A stretch of DNA of 64,000 bases from a virus. Shown one piece after another: positions 28,374 through 37,569 of the stretch (positions are counted from its first letter, which is position 1; each line of letters begins with the position of its first letter). Where the stretch lies: IMG/VR virus record IMGVR_UViG_3300036791_001355, positions 1 through 64,000 of that record, one strand, 5' to 3'. The notes under the pieces are model-generated. The model saw only the letters and a program-made list of their open reading frames with translations, did no database searches and had not been told where the DNA came from. A program made the position numbers and the translations under genes.

Positions 28374-28576
28374 GCCCGCACAAGATCGAGCGCACCATCC
28401 GCGCCCTGGGCTGGAGCGTCGAGCGCACCCACGGCGGCCACTACGTGTGCCGCCATCCCGACGCCGCCTATCCCGTCTATGCCGCCGCCACGCCGTCCTG
28501 CCACCTGTTTTTCGCCAACCTCAAGGCCGAGTTCCGGCGCGCGCTGCGGGCCAAACGATCCAAGGAGACCGCGTGA
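28370..28576 (+). CDS. HicA-like small protein
   Basis: ALGWSVERTHGGHYVCRHP...ATPS. Confidence 0.55.
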   Translation: MSPHKIERTIRALGWSVERTHGGHYVCRHPDAAYPVYAAATPSCHLFFANLKAEFRRALRAKRSKETA

Positions 28577-28740
28577 TGGTCAGCCGTAAGTTACTCCATC
28601 TCGAAAAGCACCTGCGCGACAAGGCCGCCGAGGGCATGCCGCTGACGCCATACGAGATGCGACATGTGGCCGATATTCTCGCCGCCATGCGCGAACTGGT
28701 GCTGCAAATGGAACTGCTGCGGGTGGACCCTGAGGCCTGA
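28576..28740 (+). CDS. Hypothetical protein
   Basis: AGGAG SD; TGATG coupling. Confidence 0.5.
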   Translation: MVSRKLLHLEKHLRDKAAEGMPLTPYEMRHVADILAAMRELVLQMELLRVDPEA

Positions 28741-28750
28741 GCATTTATTT

Positions 28751-28854
28751 GCCTAGCCGTGATATTTGCCTATTGCATGTCGTAAGGAGATAGGGTAGAT
28801 AATGCCTCACCGGCAGGGGTGGTCCCGCCGGCCGCACACAGGGGTTTCCCGATG
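28751..28854 (+). promoter_or_regulatory. Repeated early promoter/leader cassette
   Basis: ATATTTGCCTATTGCA...TAGATAAT...GGCAGGGGTGGTCCC...AGGGGTTTCCCGATG. Confidence 0.6.
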
Positions 28855-28913
28855 CTTCAGATGCCCGCTCTTCTCGCCCTCCAGGCGACCCTCGTGTGCC
28901 AGGAGGCGGCGTG

Positions 28914-29201
28914 ATGAACATCCAAACCAACAACTGGATCAGCGGCCTGTGGATGGCCTGGGATGACGACACCGATGACGGCGCCCTGGACAGCCAGTGG
29001 CGCCGCATCGCCACCGGCCTTTCCGAGGCCGAGGCGGTCGCCACCCTGCTGCGGCAGCTGTCGGATCAGGACATCGACTGGCTGGCATGGGAGGTCCGCG
29101 CTGGCCACCACGCCGCCTGGGCGGAACTGATCGCGGCCGAGGACGACAGCCGCGCCGCACTCAACCCCCACCAGTGCCTCGACTACGGCAAGGGCCTCTG
29201 A
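28914..29201 (+). CDS. Hypothetical protein (preceded by 20-aa ORF 28852-28914)
   Basis: AGGAGG SD. Confidence 0.5.
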   Translation: MNIQTNNWISGLWMAWDDDTDDGALDSQWRRIATGLSEAEAVATLLRQLSDQDIDWLAWEVRAGHHAAWAELIAAEDDSRAALNPHQCLDYGKGL

Positions 29202-29203
29202 CC

Positions 29204-30325
29204 ATGACCAAGCGCAGCGCCACCCTGGCCGATGCCTTCATCGCCCATCGCTACACGGCGGGCGATCCCAACTGCAATCTCATCGCGCCCCGCGTCATCG
29301 AGCGGGTGCAGGCCAAGGCCCGGCAGGCGCGGCGCTTCGTCTTCGACGACGATGCCTCGCGCCGGATCGGCGACGTGGTGCGCGAGATTCCTGATCTGAT
29401 CGTCCGCGAAGCCCAGTTCGCCCGCGCCCCCTTCCCGCTGACCTGGGTGGAATACAACTCGGTGGCGATGTGGCGCAGCGTCTACCGGGAGCAACCCCAC
29501 AAGCTGGAAAACGAGTTCCCCGACCATGCCGCCCGCATCGGTTACCTCATCGAGGAGAACGAGGTCTACGTGGTGGCGGGCGGGCACGCCGTGACGCCCG
29601 AGGCGCTCAATATCGTCCATCTCGGGCATTTCGCCTATGAACTGAATGTCGTCGGCAGGGATCGCAGCCAGATCCTGCGCGATGAGATGGCGAGAAGGGG
29701 CCTCGACGCCGCTTCCGAACGCCACGTGCGCGACTGGTTCAACCGCTTCTTCTGGTCCTCCACCGCCGACCACCTCGACGACGCCACGCTGGACGCCCTG
29801 TCCAATCGCTTCGCCAGCTATCCGCTCTACGACACCAACGGCCCGCTGCATGGCCACATGCAGCAGGTCATGGCCGAGTGCTTCGGCGATCTGCGCAACA
29901 TCATCGCCATCCTGCTGATGCTCAACCGGCCCCGCATCACCCGCTATGACAACGAACTGCCGCGCTCACGCGGCTGGCTGAAGAACCGGCAGGTGCCCTA
30001 TCTGGCGCACACCCCGGTGACCATCCACCTCGACCCGCTGCCGATCCTGCGCCACCTGGGCACCCCGCTGGGCGAGGCCGAGCCCCGGCGGCGGCACGAG
30101 GTGGACGGGCACTATCGCCATCGGGGGGGAACGCCCGGCTGCATCCACCCCTGGGTGCGCACCGACGAAGACTGGATAGCGGTGGCCGAGCATGCCGCCC
30201 CGGCCGATGTCGATCACTGGCTGTGTCCGGTGTGCGAACGCAAGCGCTGGTGGGTCAAGACCTATCATCGCGGCGACGCCGCCCGTGGCTACGTCACCCA
30301 CGACCACCGCTATGTCACGCCCTGA
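29204..30325 (+). CDS. Hypothetical protein with C-terminal R-x-H-x-V-x-G-H...W-V motif
   Basis: RAPFPLTWVEY...EPRRRHEVDGHYR...C.H.W...C..C...WWVKTYHRGD. Confidence 0.65.
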   Translation: MTKRSATLADAFIAHRYTAGDPNCNLIAPRVIERVQAKARQARRFVFDDDASRRIGDVVREIPDLIVREAQFARAPFPLTWVEYNSVAMWRSVYREQPHKLENEFPDHAARIGYLIEENEVYVVAGGHAVTPEALNIVHLGHFAYELNVVGRDRSQILRDEMARRGLDAASERHVRDWFNRFFWSSTADHLDDATLDALSNRFASYPLYDTNGPLHGHMQQVMAECFGDLRNIIAILLMLNRPRITRYDNELPRSRGWLKNRQVPYLAHTPVTIHLDPLPILRHLGTPLGEAEPRRRHEVDGHYRHRGGTPGCIHPWVRTDEDWIAVAEHAAPADVDHWLCPVCERKRWWVKTYHRGDAARGYVTHDHRYVTP

Positions 30326-30340
30326 GCGAGGAGGTCGCTG

Positions 30341-31303
30341 ATGCTCGCTCATCTGGAAGCCGACCTGAGCGCGCGTCTGCTGCGCAGCGTCAGGCCATGG
30401 CTCAAGCCGACGCCGCAGCAGGTTCGCAACGCCGTCCTGGGCCTGCGCATGATCGTCTCCAGTCACGGCCACAACGACAAGCAAAGCGAGTTCCTGGCCA
30501 CCACCAACGAGGCCTTCGTCGGCGCCATCGCCAGCGGGCGCCTGATCTGCGTCGGCCACCTGCCCAACGAGGCGATCAAAACGCTCGGCGGCCAGGGCGC
30601 CCAGCTGTTCGGCCACGGCCACATCAAGCACCCGTTCGCCGCCCCCTACTGCATTTTCCATACCTGGGAGCAGGGCGGTTCCATCCTGCTGGTCGATCCC
30701 TTCGACTTTCACGTCCAAAGCCGGGAGCGCCTGCCCGAGGGCACCTTTCTGGTGGTCGAGGCGCAGCCGGTCATGGTGGCGGGCGAGCCGTCGCTGCTGC
30801 TGGCGGCGGGCGCCTTCGCCACGCTGGACCCGGTCAGCTGCCGCTACGGCGGCGAGATCATCCTCTCGGGCATCTACCAGGGCAACGGCATGGATGGGCT
30901 CAAGCTAAGCCTGGAACTGCTGCCCAGTATGCTGGACCCGACCATGGCGGCGCTGCTGCTGCTCAACACCGATGGCATCGAGGCGACCCAGTGGCAGCCC
31001 GGCGAGAAGCTCAACCGCGCGCGGGTGAAGAACGGCAACGCGCCGCTGCCGCCGCACTGGGAGGTCAACACCGGCCCCTACATCACCGCCCTGCTGGCAC
31101 GGCGCCAGCGCGGGCCACGCTCGGCCAGCCAGGGCGGCCACCACGCCAGCCCGATCCCGCACATCCGCCGGGGGCACGTACGCCACCTCGACGAGGTGCG
31201 CACCACCTGGGTGCACGATTGCCTGATCAACCTGACCGATCCCGACGCCCCGGTGGCGCGCTCGTTCTACAGCCTGCGCCGCGAGGAGGCGGCGAGCCGA
31301 TGA
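30341..31303 (+). CDS. Hypothetical protein with C-terminal HASP-x-x-H-x-RRGH-x-R motif
   Basis: KLNRARVKNGNAPL...GGHHASPIPHIRRGHVRHL...TWVHDCLI. Confidence 0.65.
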   Translation: MLAHLEADLSARLLRSVRPWLKPTPQQVRNAVLGLRMIVSSHGHNDKQSEFLATTNEAFVGAIASGRLICVGHLPNEAIKTLGGQGAQLFGHGHIKHPFAAPYCIFHTWEQGGSILLVDPFDFHVQSRERLPEGTFLVVEAQPVMVAGEPSLLLAAGAFATLDPVSCRYGGEIILSGIYQGNGMDGLKLSLELLPSMLDPTMAALLLLNTDGIEATQWQPGEKLNRARVKNGNAPLPPHWEVNTGPYITALLARRQRGPRSASQGGHHASPIPHIRRGHVRHLDEVRTTWVHDCLINLTDPDAPVARSFYSLRREEAASR

Positions 31304-31506
31304 CCCTGGAAGAGATTCACGCCTGCATCGTCCGATCCGCGACTCAACTGGATGAAATACACACCGTGATCAGTGCTGATCATCCCACTGACGAAGAAGG
31401 GTTTGTGAAGCCCGAAGACCCCGATCTCGCTGATGCCTTAACGACGATGGAGAACGTAGCTTCTGCTTTATCGCGGCTGGCATTCAAAATAGCTCGGGAG
31501 AGTTAG
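31300..31506 (+). CDS. Hypothetical protein
   Basis: ATGA coupling, GGAGG SD, lower GC. Confidence 0.45.
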   Translation: MTLEEIHACIVRSATQLDEIHTVISADHPTDEEGFVKPEDPDLADALTTMENVASALSRLAFKIARES

Positions 31507-31752
31507 CCACGCATGTTCTGCTGTTCCCGGCCCAATAGTCCCGAAAACGCCTCTCAGTCAGCTTTTCGACGTTTACAACGGCAGTTGTATTTGCCGAATA
31601 TGCATGTAGCGCCCAAAGAATGGATGATCTCTGGAAATGGGTCGCCATCTGCTTCCTCGCGGGGCTGATCGGCGGCCTCGTCGCGCGGCATCTGTGACGG
31701 GGTCACACCTCTCCAGAGGATACAAATTCTTGCGCATTTTCAGCCGGACGAG

Positions 31753-32310
31753 TCAAGATGTTGTTGTCCCGGCTGAACTTCGGCCGTGATAGTACTCATC
31801 CAACCCGTCCAGCGCGTGGCGCAGCCACAGCAGCGCCAGCCCGATATGGCCGAGGCCGTGGGCGTCCTCGAACTCGCGCGGCGGACGGTTGTCGAGCAGC
31901 ACCCACCACAGCACGGTGTCGCGGCTGATGCCGAGCATCAGGCGTACCCGCTGCACGGCGCGGATGGCCCGGCGCTGGCTCTCGGTGGCGCCCTGGTAGC
32001 CGCCGCCCCGGGCGGTCAGCAGCAAGGCCCACGAGCAGGCGGTGCCGGCGCTGGCGCGGCTGAGATCGTCGAGGAAGCGGTTGGCGGCGTCGAACTGGCG
32101 CTTGCTGACGAGGTCGCTGCGGTAGAGGTCGTCGAGCACCGACCAGCGGCGGGCGCCGCGCACCAGCGCCTTGATGGCGGGGTCGGGATCGGCGCGGTCT
32201 TCCAGCACGGCGGCACCGGCCCCCCGGCTTTCCAGTCGACCCTGCCGCGTGACATGCACGCTAGGGCCATAATCCGAGGCGTGGAAGGCAGGAAGACGCC
32301 GCCGCTTCAC
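31753..32310 (-). CDS. DUF6456-like / Q-like late transcription regulator
   Basis: LDDLYRSDLVSKRQFDAANRF..D...LWLRHALDGLDEYY; position after replication genes. Confidence 0.5.
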   Translation of the reverse strand: MKRRRLPAFHASDYGPSVHVTRQGRLESRGAGAAVLEDRADPDPAIKALVRGARRWSVLDDLYRSDLVSKRQFDAANRFLDDLSRASAGTACSWALLLTARGGGYQGATESQRRAIRAVQRVRLMLGISRDTVLWWVLLDNRPPREFEDAHGLGHIGLALLWLRHALDGLDEYYHGRSSAGTTTS

Positions 32311-32340
32311 CCGACTACCACCCCCCCCCCTGCACTGCCC

Positions 32341-34164
32341 TCAGTGGTCATCCTGATCGCTCCAGTGGGGCGGCGCGTCATCCGGCCCGCTGCCGTGCAG
32401 ATCCGCCACCGGAGTGCGGTAGCGACCCACCGAGGCGTCGAAGTCCAGCTTCGCCGAATCCCCCCGGCGACCCCAGCGGCGGAAGCGTGTCTTCCAGACG
32501 ATGATCTCGGCCTCGCCCATCTCCGGTGCCCACACCGTCACCCCGAGATCGGTCTTGTTGGCCCAGTGGGCAGAACCCGAGATGTCATAGGCACCGGGCG
32601 GGTTACGCTTCTCGCCGTTTTTGAGCGGCGGCGGCTTGGCCGGATGCGCCACCACCCAGACATTGCAGCCATGGCGCAGGGCAAAGCCCCGCAGGCGCTG
32701 CAGGGTGCGTCCGGTGTAGTCGGTCTCGGTCATGTCGCCGCGCTGGTGCTCGATCTCGTTCCAGGGGTCGATCAGGAAGTCCGTCGTGCCGTCGCGCAGG
32801 ACGCAATAAGCCGCCCGCTCCAGCAGCCACTCCAGCGTCGGCGCCTGATCCGTGGCGTCGCATTGCAGCACCTTGACGTGGTCGCGGAGGAACTCCGAAG
32901 CCGCGTCCACCTGCGCGTCTGCCATGCCCTGCCCCGAGTTGGACCCCGGCCCCGGCCAGAACGGCTCGCCGATGAACGCCTCGGCGCACTCGACCATGAA
33001 CTGCTCGAACTCGTGCTCGGGCGAGAACACCAGCCACTTGCGTCCGTGCTTGCCCATGGTGTGCAAGGCGGTGAACCGCACCCAGGTGGACTTGCCATGA
33101 TTGGGCGTCCCGGTGACGACGATCAGCCGCCCCTCCACCGGCAGCTTGAGCACCTTGTCCGTGGCCCCCGTGCCGGTGGTCATGGTGGGCGGCGGCGGAC
33201 TCTTGCGCCAGTCGCGCAGCGTGTCCGGCCCAAGATCCAGAATGCCCTCGATGGGATAGGGCGTGGCGGCGGCGAGAGCGGCCTCGATCTCGGCCGGGCC
33301 GTTGTCCTTGGCGGTGGCCAGCACCTCGCCCGCGTCCTTGCAGCCACGCGGCCATGTCACCAGCGAGACTTTGTGGCGGCCCAGGCGACGCGCCAGTTCC
33401 TCCTTCAGCGCCATCCCCGGCCCATCCATGTCCCCCGCCAGCACGTGGTGCTTGACCTTGGCCAGCTGTACCGCGTGCGTGGTCAGCGCGGCAAATCGCG
33501 CATCGTCCTGGCGGAACTTGGCCTGAGCCGGCGCCCCGTCGCGCAGGCTGACCACGTTGGTCTGCCCGGACTCGAACATCGCCAGCACGTCCGGCTCGCC
33601 CTCGACCCAGAGCAGCGTCTCCGGGGGTTGCTCCAAGACCTCGGCGTTGAACAGCACCGGCTCGCCCGTGTTCTCCTGGCTCTGCGGCCCTTTCTCGGGA
33701 TAGGGGCGGTATTTCCGCGTCACCACCTTGCCGTTCCAGCGGTACGGGAAGACCACGGCAGGGCGCTTGCCAAGGCCGGGAAAGAACCGCTCCACCGCGT
33801 AGATCCCGAAGTGATTCAGCGTTTTCGTCGCGATCCGGCGCTCGTCGAAGAACTTGTGGAGCCACTCCGGGCGATGCTGCTGCTGCTCCTCGCTGTGCTT
33901 GGGCAGCGGTTCCCGGCGCAACGGCGTCTGGGGCTTCCACCCGTGGCGTACCCGCCCGCTGCCACTCCAGCCACAGGTGCCCCGGTGGCAGACCCACACC
34001 GCGCCCGCGCCATCCGGGTCGATGTCAACCGAGCACGACAACTCGCGGCTCGTGCCGCCCTCGCATCGCGGGCAGCGGATGTGCTCGTTGTGACCGGGAG
34101 TCAGCCGCTTCAGCCTGAGCCCGGCGCCCGCCAGGATGGCGGGGAGACTGTCCGCGCCGTTCAT
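32341..34164 (-). CDS. Primase-helicase (T7 gp4/Twinkle-like)
   Basis: Zn finger CPRC...CHRGTC, TOPRIM WVEGEPD / AGDMDGPG / CKDA, Walker A GTPNHGKS, IDPWN, VVAHP, YDISGSAHWANK. Confidence 0.9.
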   Translation of the reverse strand: MNGADSLPAILAGAGLRLKRLTPGHNEHIRCPRCEGGTSRELSCSVDIDPDGAGAVWVCHRGTCGWSGSGRVRHGWKPQTPLRREPLPKHSEEQQQHRPEWLHKFFDERRIATKTLNHFGIYAVERFFPGLGKRPAVVFPYRWNGKVVTRKYRPYPEKGPQSQENTGEPVLFNAEVLEQPPETLLWVEGEPDVLAMFESGQTNVVSLRDGAPAQAKFRQDDARFAALTTHAVQLAKVKHHVLAGDMDGPGMALKEELARRLGRHKVSLVTWPRGCKDAGEVLATAKDNGPAEIEAALAAATPYPIEGILDLGPDTLRDWRKSPPPPTMTTGTGATDKVLKLPVEGRLIVVTGTPNHGKSTWVRFTALHTMGKHGRKWLVFSPEHEFEQFMVECAEAFIGEPFWPGPGSNSGQGMADAQVDAASEFLRDHVKVLQCDATDQAPTLEWLLERAAYCVLRDGTTDFLIDPWNEIEHQRGDMTETDYTGRTLQRLRGFALRHGCNVWVVAHPAKPPPLKNGEKRNPPGAYDISGSAHWANKTDLGVTVWAPEMGEAEIIVWKTRFRRWGRRGDSAKLDFDASVGRYRTPVADLHGSGPDDAPPHWSDQDDH

Positions 34165-35006
34165 AGCGAGTTCCACCCGATGCCACCGTTGCGGCGTGGC
34201 GTATGGTTGTCGAACTTACCCTCACGGATCTGCACCAGCTTCTTTGGGCTCAGCAGGAAGTCGAAATCGGCCCTCCAGGCGCGCGAGCCACCGCCTCGGC
34301 AGAAATCCGAAGCTTCCAGCTTGCGGATCGCCTCCAGCATCCCCTCCGGGCCGTGCTCCTTCAGCCGCGCTCGCAGATGGACCCGACGCTGCGGCGTGAG
34401 CATGCGGACCACGGGCATGCCGCTCCGCTTGGCCATCTCGTTCCAGGCCTCGACGATGGGCTGCTCGTCCTCCGCGCCCTGTGGTTTGGCTTTGGTCCGC
34501 GCTGGTTTGGTTTCTGGCTCTGGCGCGGATTCGGGAAACAATTCTGCCGCGCGGTCCACGAGAGTCTGCGAAGCAGACTCGGTATCTTTCTTCCTAAGGG
34601 GGTACTTAAGGGGATTGGGTGCATCTCTTGCACCCTTGGGGTGCACCTGTTGCACCCTTGGCTTCGTCATGGGTGCAGTGGTTGCACCCCTCATGGGTGC
34701 ATGTGTTGCACCCTTGCTTTCGACGGAATGGCCCCGCAACAGCGTAAAAATCAAGTGTTTCCCCTCCATTCTGACACGCAGAAGAGGGTCTGGCGCATTA
34801 CTTAGCGCCCGCACCGCGTACTGCACCGTGCGCTCGCTCAGCCCGGTGTCGTCTCGGATGGTGCCAATCGCGATGGGGCCTTCACGGTTAAACCTGTCCA
34901 CCCGCTCGGCGACGGTGACCAGCACCCACCGCTGAGTCGAGGGAAGATTGCGCTGCCGTGCCGCCTTGATGGCCCAGGCGCAGTTGGGACAGGACGCGGG
35001 AATCAT
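34161..35006 (-). CDS. Replication initiator (lambda O-like: N-terminal HTH, iteron-bearing middle)
   Basis: TIRDDTGLSERTVQYAVRAL HTH; C-terminal WRADFDFLL...IREGKFDN. Confidence 0.75.
   Translation of the reverse strand: MIPASCPNCAWAIKAARQRNLPSTQRWVLVTVAERVDRFNREGPIAIGTIRDDTGLSERTVQYAVRALSNAPDPLLRVRMEGKHLIFTLLRGHSVESKGATHAPMRGATTAPMTKPRVQQVHPKGARDAPNPLKYPLRKKDTESASQTLVDRAAELFPESAPEPETKPARTKAKPQGAEDEQPIVEAWNEMAKRSGMPVVRMLTPQRRVHLRARLKEHGPEGMLEAIRKLEASDFCRGGGSRAWRADFDFLLSPKKLVQIREGKFDNHTPRRNGGIGWNSL
34617..34713. repeat. Four palindromic iterons GGGTGCA-N5-TGCACCC, putative replication origin
   Basis: Copies at 34617, 34639, 34671, 34695 inside the initiator gene, next to a relatively AT-rich stretch. 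Confidence 0.8.
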
Positions 35007-35230
35007 GACCGCACCTCCCCAGCGAGAAGGTATTCCCACTCGGGAAGCAGCGTGACTGGGCCATGCACCTCAGAAGTTGTCCCAGTGATCTCACAGTCAC
35101 GCCGGGCGCACTGCGCAATAAAGAGATCGCGCACCTCATCTAACCCGATTTGCGTCATGCACGTACCGTGGACAGGACACGAGCAAATGCTGAGACGCCG
35201 AGCGCGATCAGCTGGGGATTGCCGTTTCAT
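35003..35230 (-). CDS. Small Cys-rich protein
   Basis: CSCPVHG...CARRDC; ATGA couplings. Confidence 0.5.
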   Translation of the reverse strand: MKRQSPADRARRLSICSCPVHGTCMTQIGLDEVRDLFIAQCARRDCEITGTTSEVHGPVTLLPEWEYLLAGEVRS

Positions 35231-35406
35231 CGGCACAGACTCCTTGCGTTCCGTGCAAGGCCGTGCCAGATTCCAAGCGGTTCTAAGGCTTGGTCTGCGG
35301 CACGTCCCTGCACAGACTGGTTCAACCAATCAGGCGCCTCCGTCTTCACAGGACGGGGGCGTCGCCTATTTTGGGCCAAGCCCCCGCCTACGCCAAGCGG
35401 ATTCAT
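35227..35406 (-). CDS. Hypothetical protein
   Basis: ATGA coupling on both sides. Confidence 0.35.
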   Translation of the reverse strand: MNPLGVGGGLAQNRRRPRPVKTEAPDWLNQSVQGRAADQALEPLGIWHGLARNARSLCR

Positions 35407-35612
35407 GCGTCCCTCGGCAAACGCAACGAACGCGGCCTCAGCGGCAGGCCGTGCTGCAGGCAGCGGGCGCGATCCGGCACCGCCCGGCACAGCAGAATGC
35501 CCGCCTCGCGTACCTCCTCCTGACCCGGCCACACCAGCACGGCAGGCGCTCCGCAGACACACCGCCGCTCGGCGAAGGCCTGCGCCAGCGCCGCCGATCC
35601 CGCCGGCTTCAT
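35403..35612 (-). CDS. Small zinc-finger-like protein
   Basis: RCVCGAPA...RCLQHG. Confidence 0.45.
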   Translation of the reverse strand: MKPAGSAALAQAFAERRCVCGAPAVLVWPGQEEVREAGILLCRAVPDRARCLQHGLPLRPRSLRLPRDA

Positions 35613-36160
35613 GGTACCCCCTCTCTCCCCCCCTTCGGGGGAGAGAGAGACCCACCGTTCAGACGGCCGTAATGCCACAGCCACACCAGCGCCGCGTCGG
35701 CGGCATGGTGGGTCGCCACCTTGATGCCCCGGCGGTGGCAGTAACGCAGCACCTCACGCTTGACGACGTCCTTGGAGTAGCGGCAGCCGAGCAGTTCATC
35801 GCGCACGGCCTGGGCATTGATCTCGCTCACCGCACAGCGCGCGTGCCACGCCTCGGTGTGCGCCTGCCACGTCAGCCCGTATTGCTGGCGGGCACTGCGC
35901 ATGTTGGTCTGCGCCAGCGGCGGCAACGGCGCCTCCAGCACGAGGTGGGCCGGCTCCACCTCCTCCAGCAACTCGGCCAGCCGCTCGGCGAAAGCCGCCC
36001 CCCTGGCGCCCTCGCCGCCGACCATCGGCAGCTGCCACGTACCGTGCGCCAGTTCCTGCGGCTGGTGGCCATAGGCCCAGCCGACGGCACTGGACAGATC
36101 CAGCGCCAGCACGCCGCCGGTTAGCACCAGACGCGGTTCACCCTCGCCATCACGCGGCAT
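35609..36160 (-). CDS. RuvC-like Holliday junction resolvase
   Basis: VLALDLSSAVGWA, LVLEAP, HHAADAALVW. Confidence 0.75.
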   Translation of the reverse strand: MPRDGEGEPRLVLTGGVLALDLSSAVGWAYGHQPQELAHGTWQLPMVGGEGARGAAFAERLAELLEEVEPAHLVLEAPLPPLAQTNMRSARQQYGLTWQAHTEAWHARCAVSEINAQAVRDELLGCRYSKDVVKREVLRYCHRRGIKVATHHAADAALVWLWHYGRLNGGSLSPPKGGREGVP

Positions 36161-36164
36161 GGCC

Positions 36165-36767
36165 TCACGCCCCCGGTGACGGGGTGACGACCAGCACCAG
36201 CGGCGGTTTCCTGCGCGCCCGCTTCTGGTGCTCCTCCGTCCCCGGCAGCGGCGGCTGCTTGCGGCGGCGGCGAGTGCGCGTGGCGGTGACCTGTTCGGTG
36301 TCCGGCCCCAGCTGCCGCGCGATGGCTGCCTGTCCCCGGTGCCACCCGGCCAGCCACGCCAGCGCCAGTTCCGACCCCGACGGGTAGGGCGCATCGGCGA
36401 TATCGACGCCCTCGCAACCGGCCCGGTAGCCCCGGTCCTCGGCATCCCACGGGTCTTCGCCCCGTACCGAGGTCACCTCCGTCATGCCAGCGAAGAGATC
36501 ATGGGCGCCAATCGGAATGCGGCGCAGGCCGAGGTAGTAGAGGCGGTGCCGCAGGGCGACGCGAACCTCGTCGCCGTCGCGCTTGCCATCCCTGATGGCG
36601 GCTTTCAGTTCGGTGACATTCTCGCCCGCCACGCGGGCGCGCTTGTAGAGATTGCGCAGCACGCCCTGCTCTTCCTCGACCCGTCTCTGCTGCGCCATGA
36701 TGTCACGCAGCCAGCGCAGCGAGTCTTGCGGGTCCAGATCGACGGAAACGGTTGTGGCATCTGACAT
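36165..36767 (-). CDS. GapR/DUF2312-like protein fused to an RMF-like motif
   Basis: LRNLYKRARVAG.NV..LK.AIR..KRD; C-terminal GYRAG..G.....PY......AWLAGWHRGQ; GGAGG SD. Confidence 0.6.
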   Translation of the reverse strand: MSDATTVSVDLDPQDSLRWLRDIMAQQRRVEEEQGVLRNLYKRARVAGENVTELKAAIRDGKRDGDEVRVALRHRLYYLGLRRIPIGAHDLFAGMTEVTSVRGEDPWDAEDRGYRAGCEGVDIADAPYPSGSELALAWLAGWHRGQAAIARQLGPDTEQVTATRTRRRRKQPPLPGTEEHQKRARRKPPLVLVVTPSPGA

Positions 36768-36996
36768 TTCCCCCCTCCGTGATCTGTTACTGGCGTGATT
36801 CCGCCCTGCGAAGATGCAGGTGCACAAAGCAACTTTGTCAATAAAGCCGCCCTTGGGCTGCGTCACGGTGAGCCGTCGGCCATCCTGCGCCGTTCACACA
36901 AGTGACGCAAGGCGTGTGACGCTTTTGTTGACATCCGGGGAGCAATAGGCAAATATTGCCCGCTTCGGGCCGCTACCCGAGAATGAGGACAACACA
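36768..36996. promoter_or_regulatory. Divergent promoter region with GGCAAATATTGCC near-palindrome
   Basis: TTGACA on both strands; same GCAAATATT core as early cassettes at about 36948-36960. Confidence 0.5.
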
Positions 36997-37566
36997 TTGA
37001 TGGACAAGCCGACTCCGTTGCCAACCCGGGCACGCGGGAATTTTTCTCGTCCCCCGTCCCCGTTCCAGATCGAGGCGGCGCTGGCGGAAGCCTTGCGCGG
37101 CCGAAAGCAGTTGCTGGAAATCGATCCCACCATCGCCGACGATCCCAAAGCCTATGCCGACACCTTGGAGGGCATCACCGACGACTGGGTGGAGGAACTG
37201 CACCGCTGCATCGAGGGGGTGCAGAAGGCCGAGGATTACCAGCAGGTGATCGGCCAGCGCATCGCCGAACTGGAGAAGCGCCGAGCCCGCTTCAAGGCGC
37301 AGGAAAAGCACTGGCGCAGCGTCGCTCTACGCATGCTCGAACTGCTCGATGTCAGGCGCTTCGAGCGCCCCGAGTACACCCTCAGCATGCGGCCCGGTGC
37401 GGCGCATGTGCAGCTGACCGACGAGACCCTGCTGCCGCCCGAGTTCCAGCGCGTCACGGTGGAGGCGGACAAGGCGGCTCTGCTCAAGGCGCTCAAGGCG
37501 GGCGAGACGGTACCCGGCGCCGTGCTCTCCAACCCGCAACTCACCCTCTACCTGACGGAGCGCTGA
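36997..37566 (+). CDS. Siphovirus Gp157 family protein
   Basis: ADTLEG...coiled coil...DETLLPPEF...DKAALLKALKAGETVPGAVL. Confidence 0.8.
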   Translation: MMDKPTPLPTRARGNFSRPPSPFQIEAALAEALRGRKQLLEIDPTIADDPKAYADTLEGITDDWVEELHRCIEGVQKAEDYQQVIGQRIAELEKRRARFKAQEKHWRSVALRMLELLDVRRFERPEYTLSMRPGAAHVQLTDETLLPPEFQRVTVEADKAALLKALKAGETVPGAVLSNPQLTLYLTER

Positions 37567-37569
37567 GCC

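Noticed and set aside
31786-34935. 1049-aa plus-strand ORF and other long antisense ORFs (682-2136, 14290-15981, 23032-24246, 37327-38685, 60122-61498)
   Set aside because: Shadow ORFs of high-GC genes with no recognisable motifs, unlike 9852-10589, which has a coherent domain pattern where the sense frame has none
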